Shown in pieces: positions 23,877-32,877 of a DNA stretch of 32,877 bases. Position 1 is the stretch's first letter. Each line of letters begins with the position of its first letter. The position numbers and the translations under genes are program-made. Where the stretch lies: assembly GCA_028715865.1 (NCBI GenBank), contig JAQUQY010000001.1:1-32877 (forward strand). Reading direction: 5' to 3'. Source of the stretch: Syntrophales bacterium. Its GTDB lineage: Bacteria > Desulfobacterota > Syntrophia > Syntrophales > UBA2210. The notes below the pieces were generated by a model. That model did no database searches and was not told where the DNA came from. It worked only from the letters and a program-made list of their open reading frames with translations.

Positions 23877-26699
23877 ATGAACTATATTAAGGTCCGCGGC
23901 GCGTGCCTGCATAACCTTAAAAATGTCAGTGTCGACATTCCCCGGGACCGTCTGGTGGTCATCACCGGCATCAGCGGGTCGGGCAAGTCCTCCCTGGCCT
24001 TCGACACAATTTATGCTGAAGGCCAGCGCCGTTATGTGGAATCCCTTTCCACCTACGCCCGCCAGTTCATCGGGCAGATGGACAAACCCGAAGTTGAATC
24101 CATCGAGGGCCTTTCACCTGCAATTGCCATAGAGCAGAGGTCGGCAAGTCATAATCCACGCTCCACTGTGGGAACAGTAACGGAAATTTATGATTACATG
24201 AGGCTCCTTTACGCTCGCGTCGGAACCCCTCATTGCCCTAACTGCGGTCTGGAAATCCGCTCCCAGACCGTGGATGTCATGATAGAGCAACTCCTGGCGC
24301 TTCCGGAAAAAACCCGGCTCCAGATTCTGGCCCCCGTCGCCCGGGGGAAAAAGGGAGAATTCCAGAAGGATTTAGATAGATTGAGAAAGGAAGGATTTGC
24401 CAGGGTACGCGTGGACGGGACAATCCACGATCTTTCCAATGACATTAATCTCGACAGAAACAGGCGTCATGACATCGATGTGGTGCTGGACAGGCTGGTC
24501 GTGCGGGCAGGAATCCGTCAACGCCTCAGGGATTCCCTTGAGACAGGCTTGGCCCTATCCGAAGGAACTATCAAGGTGTCCCTCGAAGGAGCCGAGGAAT
24601 TGCTTTTCAGTGAACGCTACGCCTGTGACCGTTGCGGAATCAGTGTCACAGAAATCGCCCCACGGATATTTTCTTTTAACAGCCCCTACGGGGCTTGTCC
24701 CGATTGTGACGGATTGGGAACCAAGTTCTTTTTCGACGTTGATCTTGTCATCCCTGACCCTGGTCTTTCCATTAGGGAAGGCGCCATCGCGCCCTGGGAA
24801 AAACGAAATTCACTCTATTTCTATCAGATGCTTGAAGCGCTATCGGCACACTATAATTTTGACATAAACCGTTCCTTCAACAAGCTTCCCGAAGCCATCC
24901 AGCAGGTAATTCTTTACGGATCAGGCAAAGAAACCATCGAGTTTTACTTTGACCGCAGGGGAAGAAGACATTTTTACCGCAGGACATTTGAGGGCGTTAT
25001 CCCGACTCTGTACAGGCGATACAATGAAACCGATTCAAGTGACGTAAGGGCCGATTTCGCAAACTATATGAACTTCACTGATTGTCCAACCTGCGGAGGG
25101 GCACGCCTGAAAATGGAGAGCCTGTCCGTAATGCTTGGTGGAATTAACATTCACCAGGCATGCCTGCTGTCTATACGGCAGTGCATGGGTTTTATGGATT
25201 CCCTGGAACTTTCCGGTCAGCAGCGCATCATTGCCGGACCGATCCTCAAGGAAATCCAGTCCCGGCTACGCTTTCTTATTGATGTGGGCATGGACTACCT
25301 CAGCCTTGCCCGCTCATCGGGAACACTTTCAGGGGGCGAATGGCAGCGGATCAGGCTCGCAACACAGATAGGATCCGGGTTGGTGGGAGTCCTCTATGTG
25401 CTCGACGAACCCACCATCGGTCTTCATCCCAGGGATAACCTGCGGCTGATGGCAACACTGCATCGCCTGAGAAACATGGGAAACACCATTCTTGTCGTCG
25501 AGCACGATGCCGCCGTAATGAACGCCTCGGACCACATAATCGATATGGGGCCCGGCGCGGGATTAGAGGGAGGTTATATCGTTTTCCAGGGAACCCCTGA
25601 AGAAGCAATGTCTTCCCGGGAATCACTAACGGGAAGGTATCTGTCCGGTGAGCTTTCAATACCCGTGCCCCAAGGGAGAAGGCCCCTTCCGGACCAATTC
25701 ATACGTATTGAGGGCGCCTCAGAAAACAACCTAAAAAATATCGAAATCAGGATACCCCGTGGTCTTTTTACCTGTGTCACAGGAGTATCCGGGTCCGGGA
25801 AAAGCACCATGGTTATAGAAACCTTGTACAAGGTTCTTCGCAACCGCCTTAACCGCAGCAGGGGAAAAGCAGGGAAAATAATCCGCCTGGCCGACACCGG
25901 GGGGATCGAAAGAACCATAATGATGGACCAGCAACCCATAGGGAGAACACCCCGATCCAACCCAGCAACCTACACCGGCGTGTTCACCATGATCCGGGAT
26001 CTTTTCAGCCGGCTACCGGAATCGAACATTCGAGGCTACAAACCCGGACGGTTCAGCTTCAACGTGAAGGGAGGACGCTGTGAAGCCTGCCAGGGTGACG
26101 GCCTTACAAGAATTGAGATGCATTTTCTGCCCGACGTGCATGTCACATGTGACGTATGCGGGGGTCGCAGGTTCAATCGGGAGACTCTTGACATAATTTA
26201 CCGGGGGAAAAACATCGCCGACGTGCTTGACATGACCGTTGACCAGGCACTTTTCTTTTTCGAATCCATTCCTGGCATACGTTTGAAATTGGAATTGCTC
26301 GCCGATGTAGGCCTGGGCTACATAAGGCTGGGCCAGCCTGCTACAACACTTTCGGGTGGAGAAGCCCAAAGAATCAAGCTTTCCCGTGAACTGGCAAAAC
26401 GCAATACTGCCAACACGCTATATGTACTAGATGAACCCACCATCGGTCTTCACATTGCCGATATAGAAAAACTGCTCCGGGTACTCATGAAACTGGTGGA
26501 TCGGGGAAATACTGTGGTTGTTATCGAACACAACCTCGATGTCGTGAAGTGCGCGGATCACATCATCGATATGGGGCCCGAAGGTGGACAGGAGGGGGGA
26601 ACCATCGTCGCCTCCGGCACGCCCGAAGAGATTCGTGGATGTGGGGAATCACTCACGGGGCGGTTTCTGCAATCGGTGCTTGCGGGAAAGTCTGCATAA
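23877..26699 (+). CDS. uvrA: Excinuclease ABC subunit UvrA
   Basis: 940 aa. Two ABC ATPase modules ([12 protein letters not shown] and GVSGSGKST), LSGGE signatures and zinc-finger Cys clusters. Starts at MNYIKVRGA... Confidence 0.97.
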   Translation: MNYIKVRGACLHNLKNVSVDIPRDRLVVITGISGSGKSSLAFDTIYAEGQRRYVESLSTYARQFIGQMDKPEVESIEGLSPAIAIEQRSASHNPRSTVGTVTEIYDYMRLLYARVGTPHCPNCGLEIRSQTVDVMIEQLLALPEKTRLQILAPVARGKKGEFQKDLDRLRKEGFARVRVDGTIHDLSNDINLDRNRRHDIDVVLDRLVVRAGIRQRLRDSLETGLALSEGTIKVSLEGAEELLFSERYACDRCGISVTEIAPRIFSFNSPYGACPDCDGLGTKFFFDVDLVIPDPGLSIREGAIAPWEKRNSLYFYQMLEALSAHYNFDINRSFNKLPEAIQQVILYGSGKETIEFYFDRRGRRHFYRRTFEGVIPTLYRRYNETDSSDVRADFANYMNFTDCPTCGGARLKMESLSVMLGGINIHQACLLSIRQCMGFMDSLELSGQQRIIAGPILKEIQSRLRFLIDVGMDYLSLARSSGTLSGGEWQRIRLATQIGSGLVGVLYVLDEPTIGLHPRDNLRLMATLHRLRNMGNTILVVEHDAAVMNASDHIIDMGPGAGLEGGYIVFQGTPEEAMSSRESLTGRYLSGELSIPVPQGRRPLPDQFIRIEGASENNLKNIEIRIPRGLFTCVTGVSGSGKSTMVIETLYKVLRNRLNRSRGKAGKIIRLADTGGIERTIMMDQQPIGRTPRSNPATYTGVFTMIRDLFSRLPESNIRGYKPGRFSFNVKGGRCEACQGDGLTRIEMHFLPDVHVTCDVCGGRRFNRETLDIIYRGKNIADVLDMTVDQALFFFESIPGIRLKLELLADVGLGYIRLGQPATTLSGGEAQRIKLSRELAKRNTANTLYVLDEPTIGLHIADIEKLLRVLMKLVDRGNTVVVIEHNLDVVKCADHIIDMGPEGGQEGGTIVASGTPEEIRGCGESLTGRFLQSVLAGKSA

Positions 26700-26872
26700 G
26701 TTAATGCCCCATAGAAGGTATTGGCAACAGCCCTTTCCCCTCTATTTGTAAAGCCTGCGTGAGTCGTCAGGACACCACCCCCGGGGGAGTATTTGTCGAC
26801 TGTAACGGGCAGGATGATCCTCCGTTGACAGCAACATGTTCTTCCAGGGGCAGGGGAGTTTAAAAAAGATCG

Positions 26873-27517
26873 TCACCTGTAGAATCCCCGGGACTCTATG
26901 TAGCTTACTACACCATCGGGCAACAGATAGCGGACCGACCGTCCCGCGGCTATGCGTTTTCGTATGTCCGTAGACGATATCTCCAGGAGAGTGAGACGCC
27001 TGGAGTAAATAGCTCCGCCCCGGCTTCCCCGGAAACATTCTCTTTCACGATCGTAGGCGAATTCTGAGAGAACTTCGGCAGGCAGCATGTTCCGGAGAGT
27101 TCTTCCTTCAAATCCCGGCCTGTTCATTATAATAAAGTTACAGCAACGAAGCAGCTCCCTCCACGCTTTCCATAGAGTTATGTCCTGAAAGGCATCCTGC
27201 CCCATAATGAAGTAAAGATCTGTTTCTTCAGGATACTCCCCGAGAAATTCCTTGACCGTATCAATGGAATAGGAAGTCCCCCCACGCTCATGTTCCCGCT
27301 CGGAAAGTGAAAAGGCCGGATTGCCGGCAATGGCCATTCTGACCATGGCGGCACGGTGATGAAAGGGAAGTAAAGGCTTTTCCTCCTTGAGAGGCTGCCT
27401 GCCGGCGGGTATAAAGACCACTTCATCGAGAGCCAGCAGTTCAACCAGCTCTTCGGCACACCGAAGATGCCCAAGGTGGATAGGATTAAAGCTTCCTCCG
27501 AACAGGCCCACCTTCAT
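26873..27517 (-). CDS. nadD: Nicotinate-nucleotide adenylyltransferase NadD
   Basis: [15 protein letters not shown] (HxGH motif) and ISSTDIR. A 4-nt overlap with the proA stop. Confidence 0.93.
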   Translation of the reverse strand: MKVGLFGGSFNPIHLGHLRCAEELVELLALDEVVFIPAGRQPLKEEKPLLPFHHRAAMVRMAIAGNPAFSLSEREHERGGTSYSIDTVKEFLGEYPEETDLYFIMGQDAFQDITLWKAWRELLRCCNFIIMNRPGFEGRTLRNMLPAEVLSEFAYDRERECFRGSRGGAIYSRRLTLLEISSTDIRKRIAAGRSVRYLLPDGVVSYIESRGFYR

Positions 27518-28785
27518 GATCGCAGCTGCCCGTCACCATAGATAATAAACTTTGTTGTCGTCAGTTCCTCAAGCCCCATAGGACCAAAGGCATGAAGTTT
27601 GGTGGTGCTGATACCAATCTCCGCGCCGAGGCCCAACTGAAAGCCGTCGCTGAATCGCGTCGAGGCATTGACCAGGACCGTCGATGAGTTAACTTCGTTT
27701 ATGAAGCGCTGGGCATTATGATAGTCCCGGGTCACAATGGCCTCCGTGTGGAGAGATCCGTAGACAGCTATATGGTCCATGGCCTGGTCGATGCCGTCGA
27801 CGACTCGTACGGCCAGGATGAGATCCAGGTACTCTTCATACCAGTCCTCTTCAGCGGCCTCCCCTATGCCTGGCAGTATTGCCCTGGTTCTTTCGCATCC
27901 CCTGAGTTCTACCCCCGCTTCACTGAGCTTTTCCGCCGCCATGGGAAGAAATTCAGGCGCCACGCCACTGTGAACCAGGAGCGTCTCCATGGCATTACAG
28001 ACGCCAGGGCGCTGTACCTTGGCGTTGAAGCAGATATCAACGGCCATGTCAATGTCGGCGCTTGCGTCGACGAAAACGTGACATACTCCCTTATAGTGTT
28101 TAATCACCGGTATCCTGGAAAGCCGGACAACGGTCCTTATCAGGTCTTCGCCGCCCCTGGGAATGATCAGATCTATATAGTCTTCCATGGTCAGCAGTTC
28201 CTCTACGGCTGTCCTGTCAGTAGTGGGTACGATCTGAATGGCTTTTTCAGGAATTCCCGATGATCGAAGCGCTTCCTGGAGGATTCCTGTCAAGGCGAGA
28301 TTCGAATGAAAAGCCTCAGAGCCGCCGCGCAGAATCACACTGTTTCCTGATTTGAGACATAGAGCCGCCGCGTCTACGGTTACGTTGGGACGGGATTCGT
28401 AGATGATACCGATAACCCCCAGCGGGATCCTCATCCTGCCCACCTGCAGGCCATTGGGTCTTTTCCACATTGAAGTTACCATTCCGACAGGATCAGGCAG
28501 GGCAGCCACTTCCCGCAATCCTGCCGCCATGTCCCCTATGGACTGTTCCGTCAGCCGCAGACGATCAATCATCGCCCCGGATAATCCCTTCGCCCCGGCC
28601 CCGTCCAGGTCTTTCCTGTTTTCAGCAATAAGCGCCTCTGATTCTTCCGAAAGCCGTTCCGCCATCGTGATAAGAGCCAGGTTTTTGGTTTCCGAGGAGA
28701 GTGACGCCGTCACCCGGGCAGATTCTTTCGCTTCCCGGGCCATTTTCAATACGGGTTCGGAGATCTTTGACATGGGCTTCCTCAC
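27514..28785 (-). CDS. proA: Glutamate-5-semialdehyde dehydrogenase ProA
   Basis: [19 protein letters not shown] (catalytic Cys) and ASTRFSDG motifs. 423 aa. Confidence 0.95.
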   Translation of the reverse strand: MRKPMSKISEPVLKMAREAKESARVTASLSSETKNLALITMAERLSEESEALIAENRKDLDGAGAKGLSGAMIDRLRLTEQSIGDMAAGLREVAALPDPVGMVTSMWKRPNGLQVGRMRIPLGVIGIIYESRPNVTVDAAALCLKSGNSVILRGGSEAFHSNLALTGILQEALRSSGIPEKAIQIVPTTDRTAVEELLTMEDYIDLIIPRGGEDLIRTVVRLSRIPVIKHYKGVCHVFVDASADIDMAVDICFNAKVQRPGVCNAMETLLVHSGVAPEFLPMAAEKLSEAGVELRGCERTRAILPGIGEAAEEDWYEEYLDLILAVRVVDGIDQAMDHIAVYGSLHTEAIVTRDYHNAQRFINEVNSSTVLVNASTRFSDGFQLGLGAEIGISTTKLHAFGPMGLEELTTTKFIIYGDGQLRS

Positions 28786-28913
28786 AGCTCAATTGGCAAT
28801 AAAAGCAGAATTAATAAACGGTAAAAAGATTAGGGAAATCCCTTTTTCGTTGAGTGAAAGAACTGTATAGTATATGTGATTGCCTGTCAAGATTGACGAA
28901 TGTCGAGGAGAAT

Positions 28914-29981
28914 ATGACAGATATAAACATTCGCGCCGGCGCCGACATTTACGAAATGATTCGCGACGATGGGCTCTCATTTGATCATGTATCGAAGGTA
29001 GTGGGACCCGCCGTGGGTCCACGCTGGCTCCTGGCCTGCGGTTTTGATCTCGCCCTCATTAAGGCCCGAGTGCTGGGAAGACAGAATCCCGTCACCCTTG
29101 CCGGATCGTCCGCGGGAGCGTTGCGCTTCGCCGCCTGGATTCAACCGGAACCGGAAAAAGCATATGACCGGTTGATCGATTCATATATTTCCATGAACTT
29201 CACCCGGGAAGACACCCCATCGAGTATTCTGGAAAAAATTACAATGGTTATTGACAGTTACGTCGAAAATGACGCTCTTCCTTTCATTATTGCAAGCAAA
29301 AAATATCGAATGGCTATTACCACGGCCAGGGCACGGCACCTTGCATCCTCTGAAAACAAGATATTCCAGGCATCGGCGTTGTTTGCAGCAGGAATTCTCA
29401 ATTTCATCAGTCCTTCCTGGCTCTCTCTTTTCTTTGAGCCCATCGTTTTCTACAGCGGCTATATGCCCCCCGCCTTCTGCCGGACAAATGACTATTCAGG
29501 GGTGTCGATTCCCCTCAACGAGGCGAATTTCAAGCGAGCCCTCCTGGCATCGTCGGCGGTGCCTCTCGCGGTTTCAGGTGTTAAAAACATATACGGCGCT
29601 CCTACCGGCACTTACAGAGACGGTGGACTTGTCGATTATCACGGAAATCACAACCATGTAAATGACGGAATCGGAGTGGCAATACTTTTACACCATCAGG
29701 AAAGACTGATTCCCACCTGGCTTGACCGGTATCTGAAGAAGAGGACACTGCCGGAAGCGTGGACAAGGAACCTGCTGGTTATTTCTCCTGGAAATGAGTT
29801 TATTGAAAAGCTGCCGGGCGGAAGAATTCCGGACCGTGGAGACTTCAAGCTCTTTGTTGACAACCCTGCCGAGCGCATGAAACAATGGCGAAAGGTTGTA
29901 GCAGCCTCAAGCATCCTGGGAGAATGGTTTCTTGAGTGTGTTGAAAGTGGAAAGATCAGATCTGTCGTCAGGAAGCTCTGA
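28914..29981 (+). CDS. Patatin-like phospholipase family protein
   Basis: G-x-S-x-G nucleophile elbow (LAGSSAGAL) and a downstream D-G-G motif (YRDGGLVDY) form the Ser-Asp dyad. The start was moved to ATG 28914, after GAGGAG. Confidence 0.6.
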   Translation: MTDINIRAGADIYEMIRDDGLSFDHVSKVVGPAVGPRWLLACGFDLALIKARVLGRQNPVTLAGSSAGALRFAAWIQPEPEKAYDRLIDSYISMNFTREDTPSSILEKITMVIDSYVENDALPFIIASKKYRMAITTARARHLASSENKIFQASALFAAGILNFISPSWLSLFFEPIVFYSGYMPPAFCRTNDYSGVSIPLNEANFKRALLASSAVPLAVSGVKNIYGAPTGTYRDGGLVDYHGNHNHVNDGIGVAILLHHQERLIPTWLDRYLKKRTLPEAWTRNLLVISPGNEFIEKLPGGRIPDRGDFKLFVDNPAERMKQWRKVVAASSILGEWFLECVESGKIRSVVRKL

Positions 29982-30038
29982 TCCCTGAAGTTGACATCTG
30001 GCAAAGGACTTACAGATGCCTTTCAATATGTTATTTTT

Positions 30039-30260
30039 ATGGATCTGACGCCTTTTGGAAAAATACTCATCCTGATCGGTCTTCTTATTGCGGCAGCGGG
30101 AATCCTGCTGGCTCTGGGCTTAAAAATCCCCTGGATCGGACGGCTCCCCGGAGACCTGTTCATAAAGGGCAAATACGGAACATTGTATCTTCCCCTTATG
30201 AGCTGCCTCATTATCAGCATTCTTATTTCTTTGGCACTCTTTTTTTTCAGAAACCGCTAA
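30039..30260 (+). CDS. DUF2905-family small membrane protein
   Basis: 73 aa, two TM helices flanking the conserved ...IGRLPGDLFIKG... loop. Confidence 0.7.
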   Translation: MDLTPFGKILILIGLLIAAAGILLALGLKIPWIGRLPGDLFIKGKYGTLYLPLMSCLIISILISLALFFFRNR

Positions 30261-30278
30261 CATTCCTTAAGGCAGCTG

Positions 30279-30959
30279 TCACGGCAAGATCTCAATCCTG
30301 ACCCCCGAAGGCGGTTCGAAAAGGAAAAGATCATCCGACAGGCCGATGTTGACTGAAATGTTGCTGAAGTAATAGCTATTGGTTGTTCCGTAATGATCCG
30401 TCAACATATAGCCGGACAGGAGGTAGTTTTCGCTGTTGATGGACAGTGTCAGGGTATGAATGCCGACTAACGGGTCCCTGGGCTTCAGCTCTATGAGGTA
30501 GTTCCCCTGATCATCCCGTGATGGGCAGGCGAAGGAAATGTGGAAATCGCGGTCCAGTTCTCCGAGGTCCGTGAGAAACCTGGCCGCGATTTGCGATGCC
30601 ATGGCGGTTTCAGTTTTCTGCTGGTAGACTATGTTGTCGTCGGGCAGGTATAACCATAGATACTGGCGATTCATCACCATCATCTTGCCGGGAGGATCGC
30701 TGTACTCCCATCGAAGGTTTGCGGGTTTTCTGAAAGAAAAAGATCCTTTCTCTGATAAAGCGGTACCCGTTAGAGCCAGCGGAACCCGGTGAAGAAAGTC
30801 AGCCTTAAGATCGGAGATGTTATCGTATCGGCTCCGGACTTCCGTCATAACATTGGAAAGATCAGGTTCACCCCGCGATGACATGACTTCGATGGGATTG
30901 ATACACAGCAACACGAAAAACATGAAAGCAAACATATATTTAGAAAATGAAACATTCAT
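30279..30959 (-). CDS. LolA-like outer-membrane lipoprotein carrier/chaperone
   Basis: Signal peptide, then SDLKADFLH..., FRKPANLRWEY and QYLWLYLPD, typical of the LolA fold family. ATG 30959 is preferred over TTG 30998. Confidence 0.7.
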   Translation of the reverse strand: MNVSFSKYMFAFMFFVLLCINPIEVMSSRGEPDLSNVMTEVRSRYDNISDLKADFLHRVPLALTGTALSEKGSFSFRKPANLRWEYSDPPGKMMVMNRQYLWLYLPDDNIVYQQKTETAMASQIAARFLTDLGELDRDFHISFACPSRDDQGNYLIELKPRDPLVGIHTLTLSINSENYLLSGYMLTDHYGTTNSYYFSNISVNIGLSDDLFLFEPPSGVRIEILP

Positions 30960-31134
30960 AGGAGTTCCGTAAGGCCTCTCAAGGGAAGAATCGCGCAACT
31001 ACTTATATTAGATACGTCCCCATGCTGCCCAAAAAACGGGCAATGTGTCAGCAGTTTTTGCTGTCTGCCTACTTACGTTGTTCACCAACAGGTCTGTCAA
31101 CAGCCCCTTCCACATGACTGTTGATTCATGGCTG

Positions 31135-32211
31135 TCAGGGCCCTATCCTGACCCGCCAGCCAAAGGGATCGTCGCTTTCACCATACTGAAGCGCGAGAAT
31201 TTCATCGTAAAGCTTCCTGGTCAGGGGACCCACGTTGCCACCGTTGATGGAATATTCCTGATTTTTGTAGCAAATCAACCCCACAGGCGACACTACCGCT
31301 GCCGTTCCCGACGCGAAGACCTCCTTCAGCAGCCCCCGTGACAGCGCTTCTATAAGTTCATCCATAGAAACCTGCCGTTCCTCCACTTTTATGTTCCATG
31401 AACGTGCCAGCGTGATGATCGAATCGCGGGTTATGCCCGGCAGAATACTTCCCGAGAGAGGGGGTGTGATCAATGAATCGCCAAAAAGAAAAAAAATGTT
31501 GCTCGTTCCCACTTCTGCAGGGTGTCGGCGGGTCAGGGCATCGAGCCAGAGAACCTGTGTGTAGCCCTTTTCACTTGCTTCCCGGCTTGCGTACAGGCTC
31601 GCCGCATAGTTGCCAGCCGCCTTGCAGTCTCCCACGCCTCCCGGGCAAGCCCTCACATAGGTATCGCTCACGTAAATTTTTGTGGGATTGAATCCTTCAG
31701 GATAGTATGCCCCAACCGGACAGAGTATGATGAAAAACAGATAGGAGTCGGCGGGATGAACTCCCAGGGCCACCTCCGTGGCTATCATTGTTGGCCTTAT
31801 ATAAAGAGAAGTTCCACTTCCCCTGGGAATCCAGTCCTTTTCCAGATTAATCAGCGTATGAAGTGTTAGCATGAAGAAATCCGGATCCAGGAGGGGCATG
31901 CAAAGCCTCTCGGCGGACGCGTTCATTCGCCTGATATTCTCCCGGGGCCTGAAGAGATATATACTGCCATCCTTCCCCAGGTAGGCTTTCATGCCTTCGA
32001 ATATTTCCTGACCGTAATGTAGGCACATGGTAGCCGGATCGAGAGAAAAGGGGCCATAAGGAACTATTGAAGGGTCATGCCATCCCGTAGCGGACTTGTA
32101 TTTCATAATGAACATATGATCCGTGAACTTTTTACCGAAACCCAGATCGGATTCATCCAAAGGCTTGGTTTTCATTCTCTCCGTCGGGACCGTGCTGATT
32201 TTAATTTCCAT
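31135..32211 (-). CDS. ilvE: Branched-chain amino acid aminotransferase
   Basis: 358 aa, class IV aminotransferase. YGQEIFEGMKAY (PLP Lys region), LYIRP, AAGNYA and EVGTSNIFF motifs. Confidence 0.93.
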   Translation of the reverse strand: MEIKISTVPTERMKTKPLDESDLGFGKKFTDHMFIMKYKSATGWHDPSIVPYGPFSLDPATMCLHYGQEIFEGMKAYLGKDGSIYLFRPRENIRRMNASAERLCMPLLDPDFFMLTLHTLINLEKDWIPRGSGTSLYIRPTMIATEVALGVHPADSYLFFIILCPVGAYYPEGFNPTKIYVSDTYVRACPGGVGDCKAAGNYAASLYASREASEKGYTQVLWLDALTRRHPAEVGTSNIFFLFGDSLITPPLSGSILPGITRDSIITLARSWNIKVEERQVSMDELIEALSRGLLKEVFASGTAAVVSPVGLICYKNQEYSINGGNVGPLTRKLYDEILALQYGESDDPFGWRVRIGP

Positions 32212-32341
32212 TGGCCTTATACCCCTCTGTTGTCTGTTTTTCAGCCCCCTGATCGACTGTCAGCTATCCTTTGGCCCTTCATTTCAAAGATATTCCAAAA
32301 GCTTGTAAGCCGACCAGGCAACATGCCCGAATTTTTTAGCA

Positions 32342-32877
32342 CTAAATAACGCTACGATCAAGAGTTCTGTATTGAATGGCCTCTGAAACATGATGAGACT
32401 GGATGACAGGCTCTCCTTCAAGATCGGCTATGGTTCGGGCCACCTTGAGAATTTTAGTATAGCCACGTGCGCTGAGTCCAAGGGTGTCCATTGCCATTTC
32501 CACCAGTTCACTCCCCCCCCTTTCCATGGCGCAGTATCGTCGGATGTCCCTGGCGGCCATGCGGGCGTTATTGGGAACACCCTTTGCGAAACGCTCTTTT
32601 TGAATTTTCCTGGCTTTGTCGATTCGTTTTTTTATATCCGCAGAGGATTCTCCCCCTCCTGAATTCTCCAGGTCATTATAGCGAAGCGACGGAACTTCCA
32701 CATGAATGTCGATTCTGTCCATCAAAGGACCGGATATTCTTGACCGGTACTGACGAACCCTTTGCGGTGTGCACCTGCATGTACGCTGGGGATCAGTAAA
32801 AAAGCCACAGGGACAGGGGTTCATTGCCGCCACCAGCATGAAGCGAGCCGGATAAATTGCCGTTGCCGATGAGCGTA
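32342..32877 (-). CDS. YifB/ComM-family Mg-chelatase-like AAA+ ATPase, C-terminal part; the 5' end lies outside the window
   Basis: The frame is open to the window edge (…IYPARFMLVAAMNPCPCG…). It has the Cys-rich NPCPCG segment, RISGPLMDRIDI and the C-terminal ChlI-like helical domain. Confidence 0.9.
   Translation of the reverse strand, partial: RSSATAIYPARFMLVAAMNPCPCGFFTDPQRTCRCTPQRVRQYRSRISGPLMDRIDIHVEVPSLRYNDLENSGGGESSADIKKRIDKARKIQKERFAKGVPNNARMAARDIRRYCAMERGGSELVEMAMDTLGLSARGYTKILKVARTIADLEGEPVIQSHHVSEAIQYRTLDRSVI

Noticed and set aside
26778-26787. CCCCCGGGGG palindrome between uvrA and nadD as a terminator.
   Set aside because: Allowing a minimal loop leaves only about 3 bp of stem, and there is no U-tract.
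28914-29981. The patatin-like phospholipase as an effector of a CBASS-like or other defence system.
   Set aside because: There is no cyclase, sensor or other partner gene adjacent. It sits in a normal-GC housekeeping neighbourhood (proA-nadD, DUF2905, LolA-like), so it is more likely an ordinary lipid-metabolism or membrane enzyme.
1-32877. CRISPR arrays, rRNA genes and additional tRNAs.
   Set aside because: Visual scanning of both strands found no regularly spaced short repeats, no rRNA-like sequence and no other cloverleaf candidates. The only repeated tRNA-like sequence is the 29-bp att copy.

Overview
Chromosomal segment, roughly 50-55% GC by hand counts of sampled lines. The gene content looks like an anaerobic Deltaproteobacteria/Desulfobacterota organism, possibly Syntrophus-like, but that taxon guess is inference only. 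Housekeeping backbone: a TRAP transporter (dctP fragment, dctQ, dctM), moeA, nadA, mfd, a SurA-like PPIase, uvrA, nadD-proA, a LolA-like gene, ilvE and a yifB/comM fragment. Three accessory regions interrupt it. (1) 2.4-6.2 kb is a lower-GC patch with two SAM methyltransferases, a PagL-like outer-membrane deacylase, a secreted cupin and a lipoprotein. It ends at a truncated IS6110-like (IS3 family) left end. (2) 6.2-10.1 kb holds a sigma-54 regulon: a PAS/AAA+ enhancer-binding protein, a consensus -24/-12 promoter, and a DUF5320 / NifX-like / Mrp-NifX fusion operon. Two of these genes carry in-frame stops: TGA in the NifX-like gene, and TAA just before the HTH of the activator. (3) 11.2-16.5 kb is a 5.3-kb integrative element inserted in the 3' end of a tRNA-Sec (selC) gene and bounded by perfect 29-bp direct repeats. 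It encodes a tyrosine integrase, a rolling-circle-type Rep and an RHH protein. At its distal end sits an AT-rich (about 37-40% GC), translationally coupled three-gene operon of unknown function: a TIGR04255-like protein, a small membrane-anchored protein and a 197-aa orphan. That operon is my best candidate for an undescribed defence or addiction system. All calls come from reading the sequence and recalling family signatures; no searches were run.
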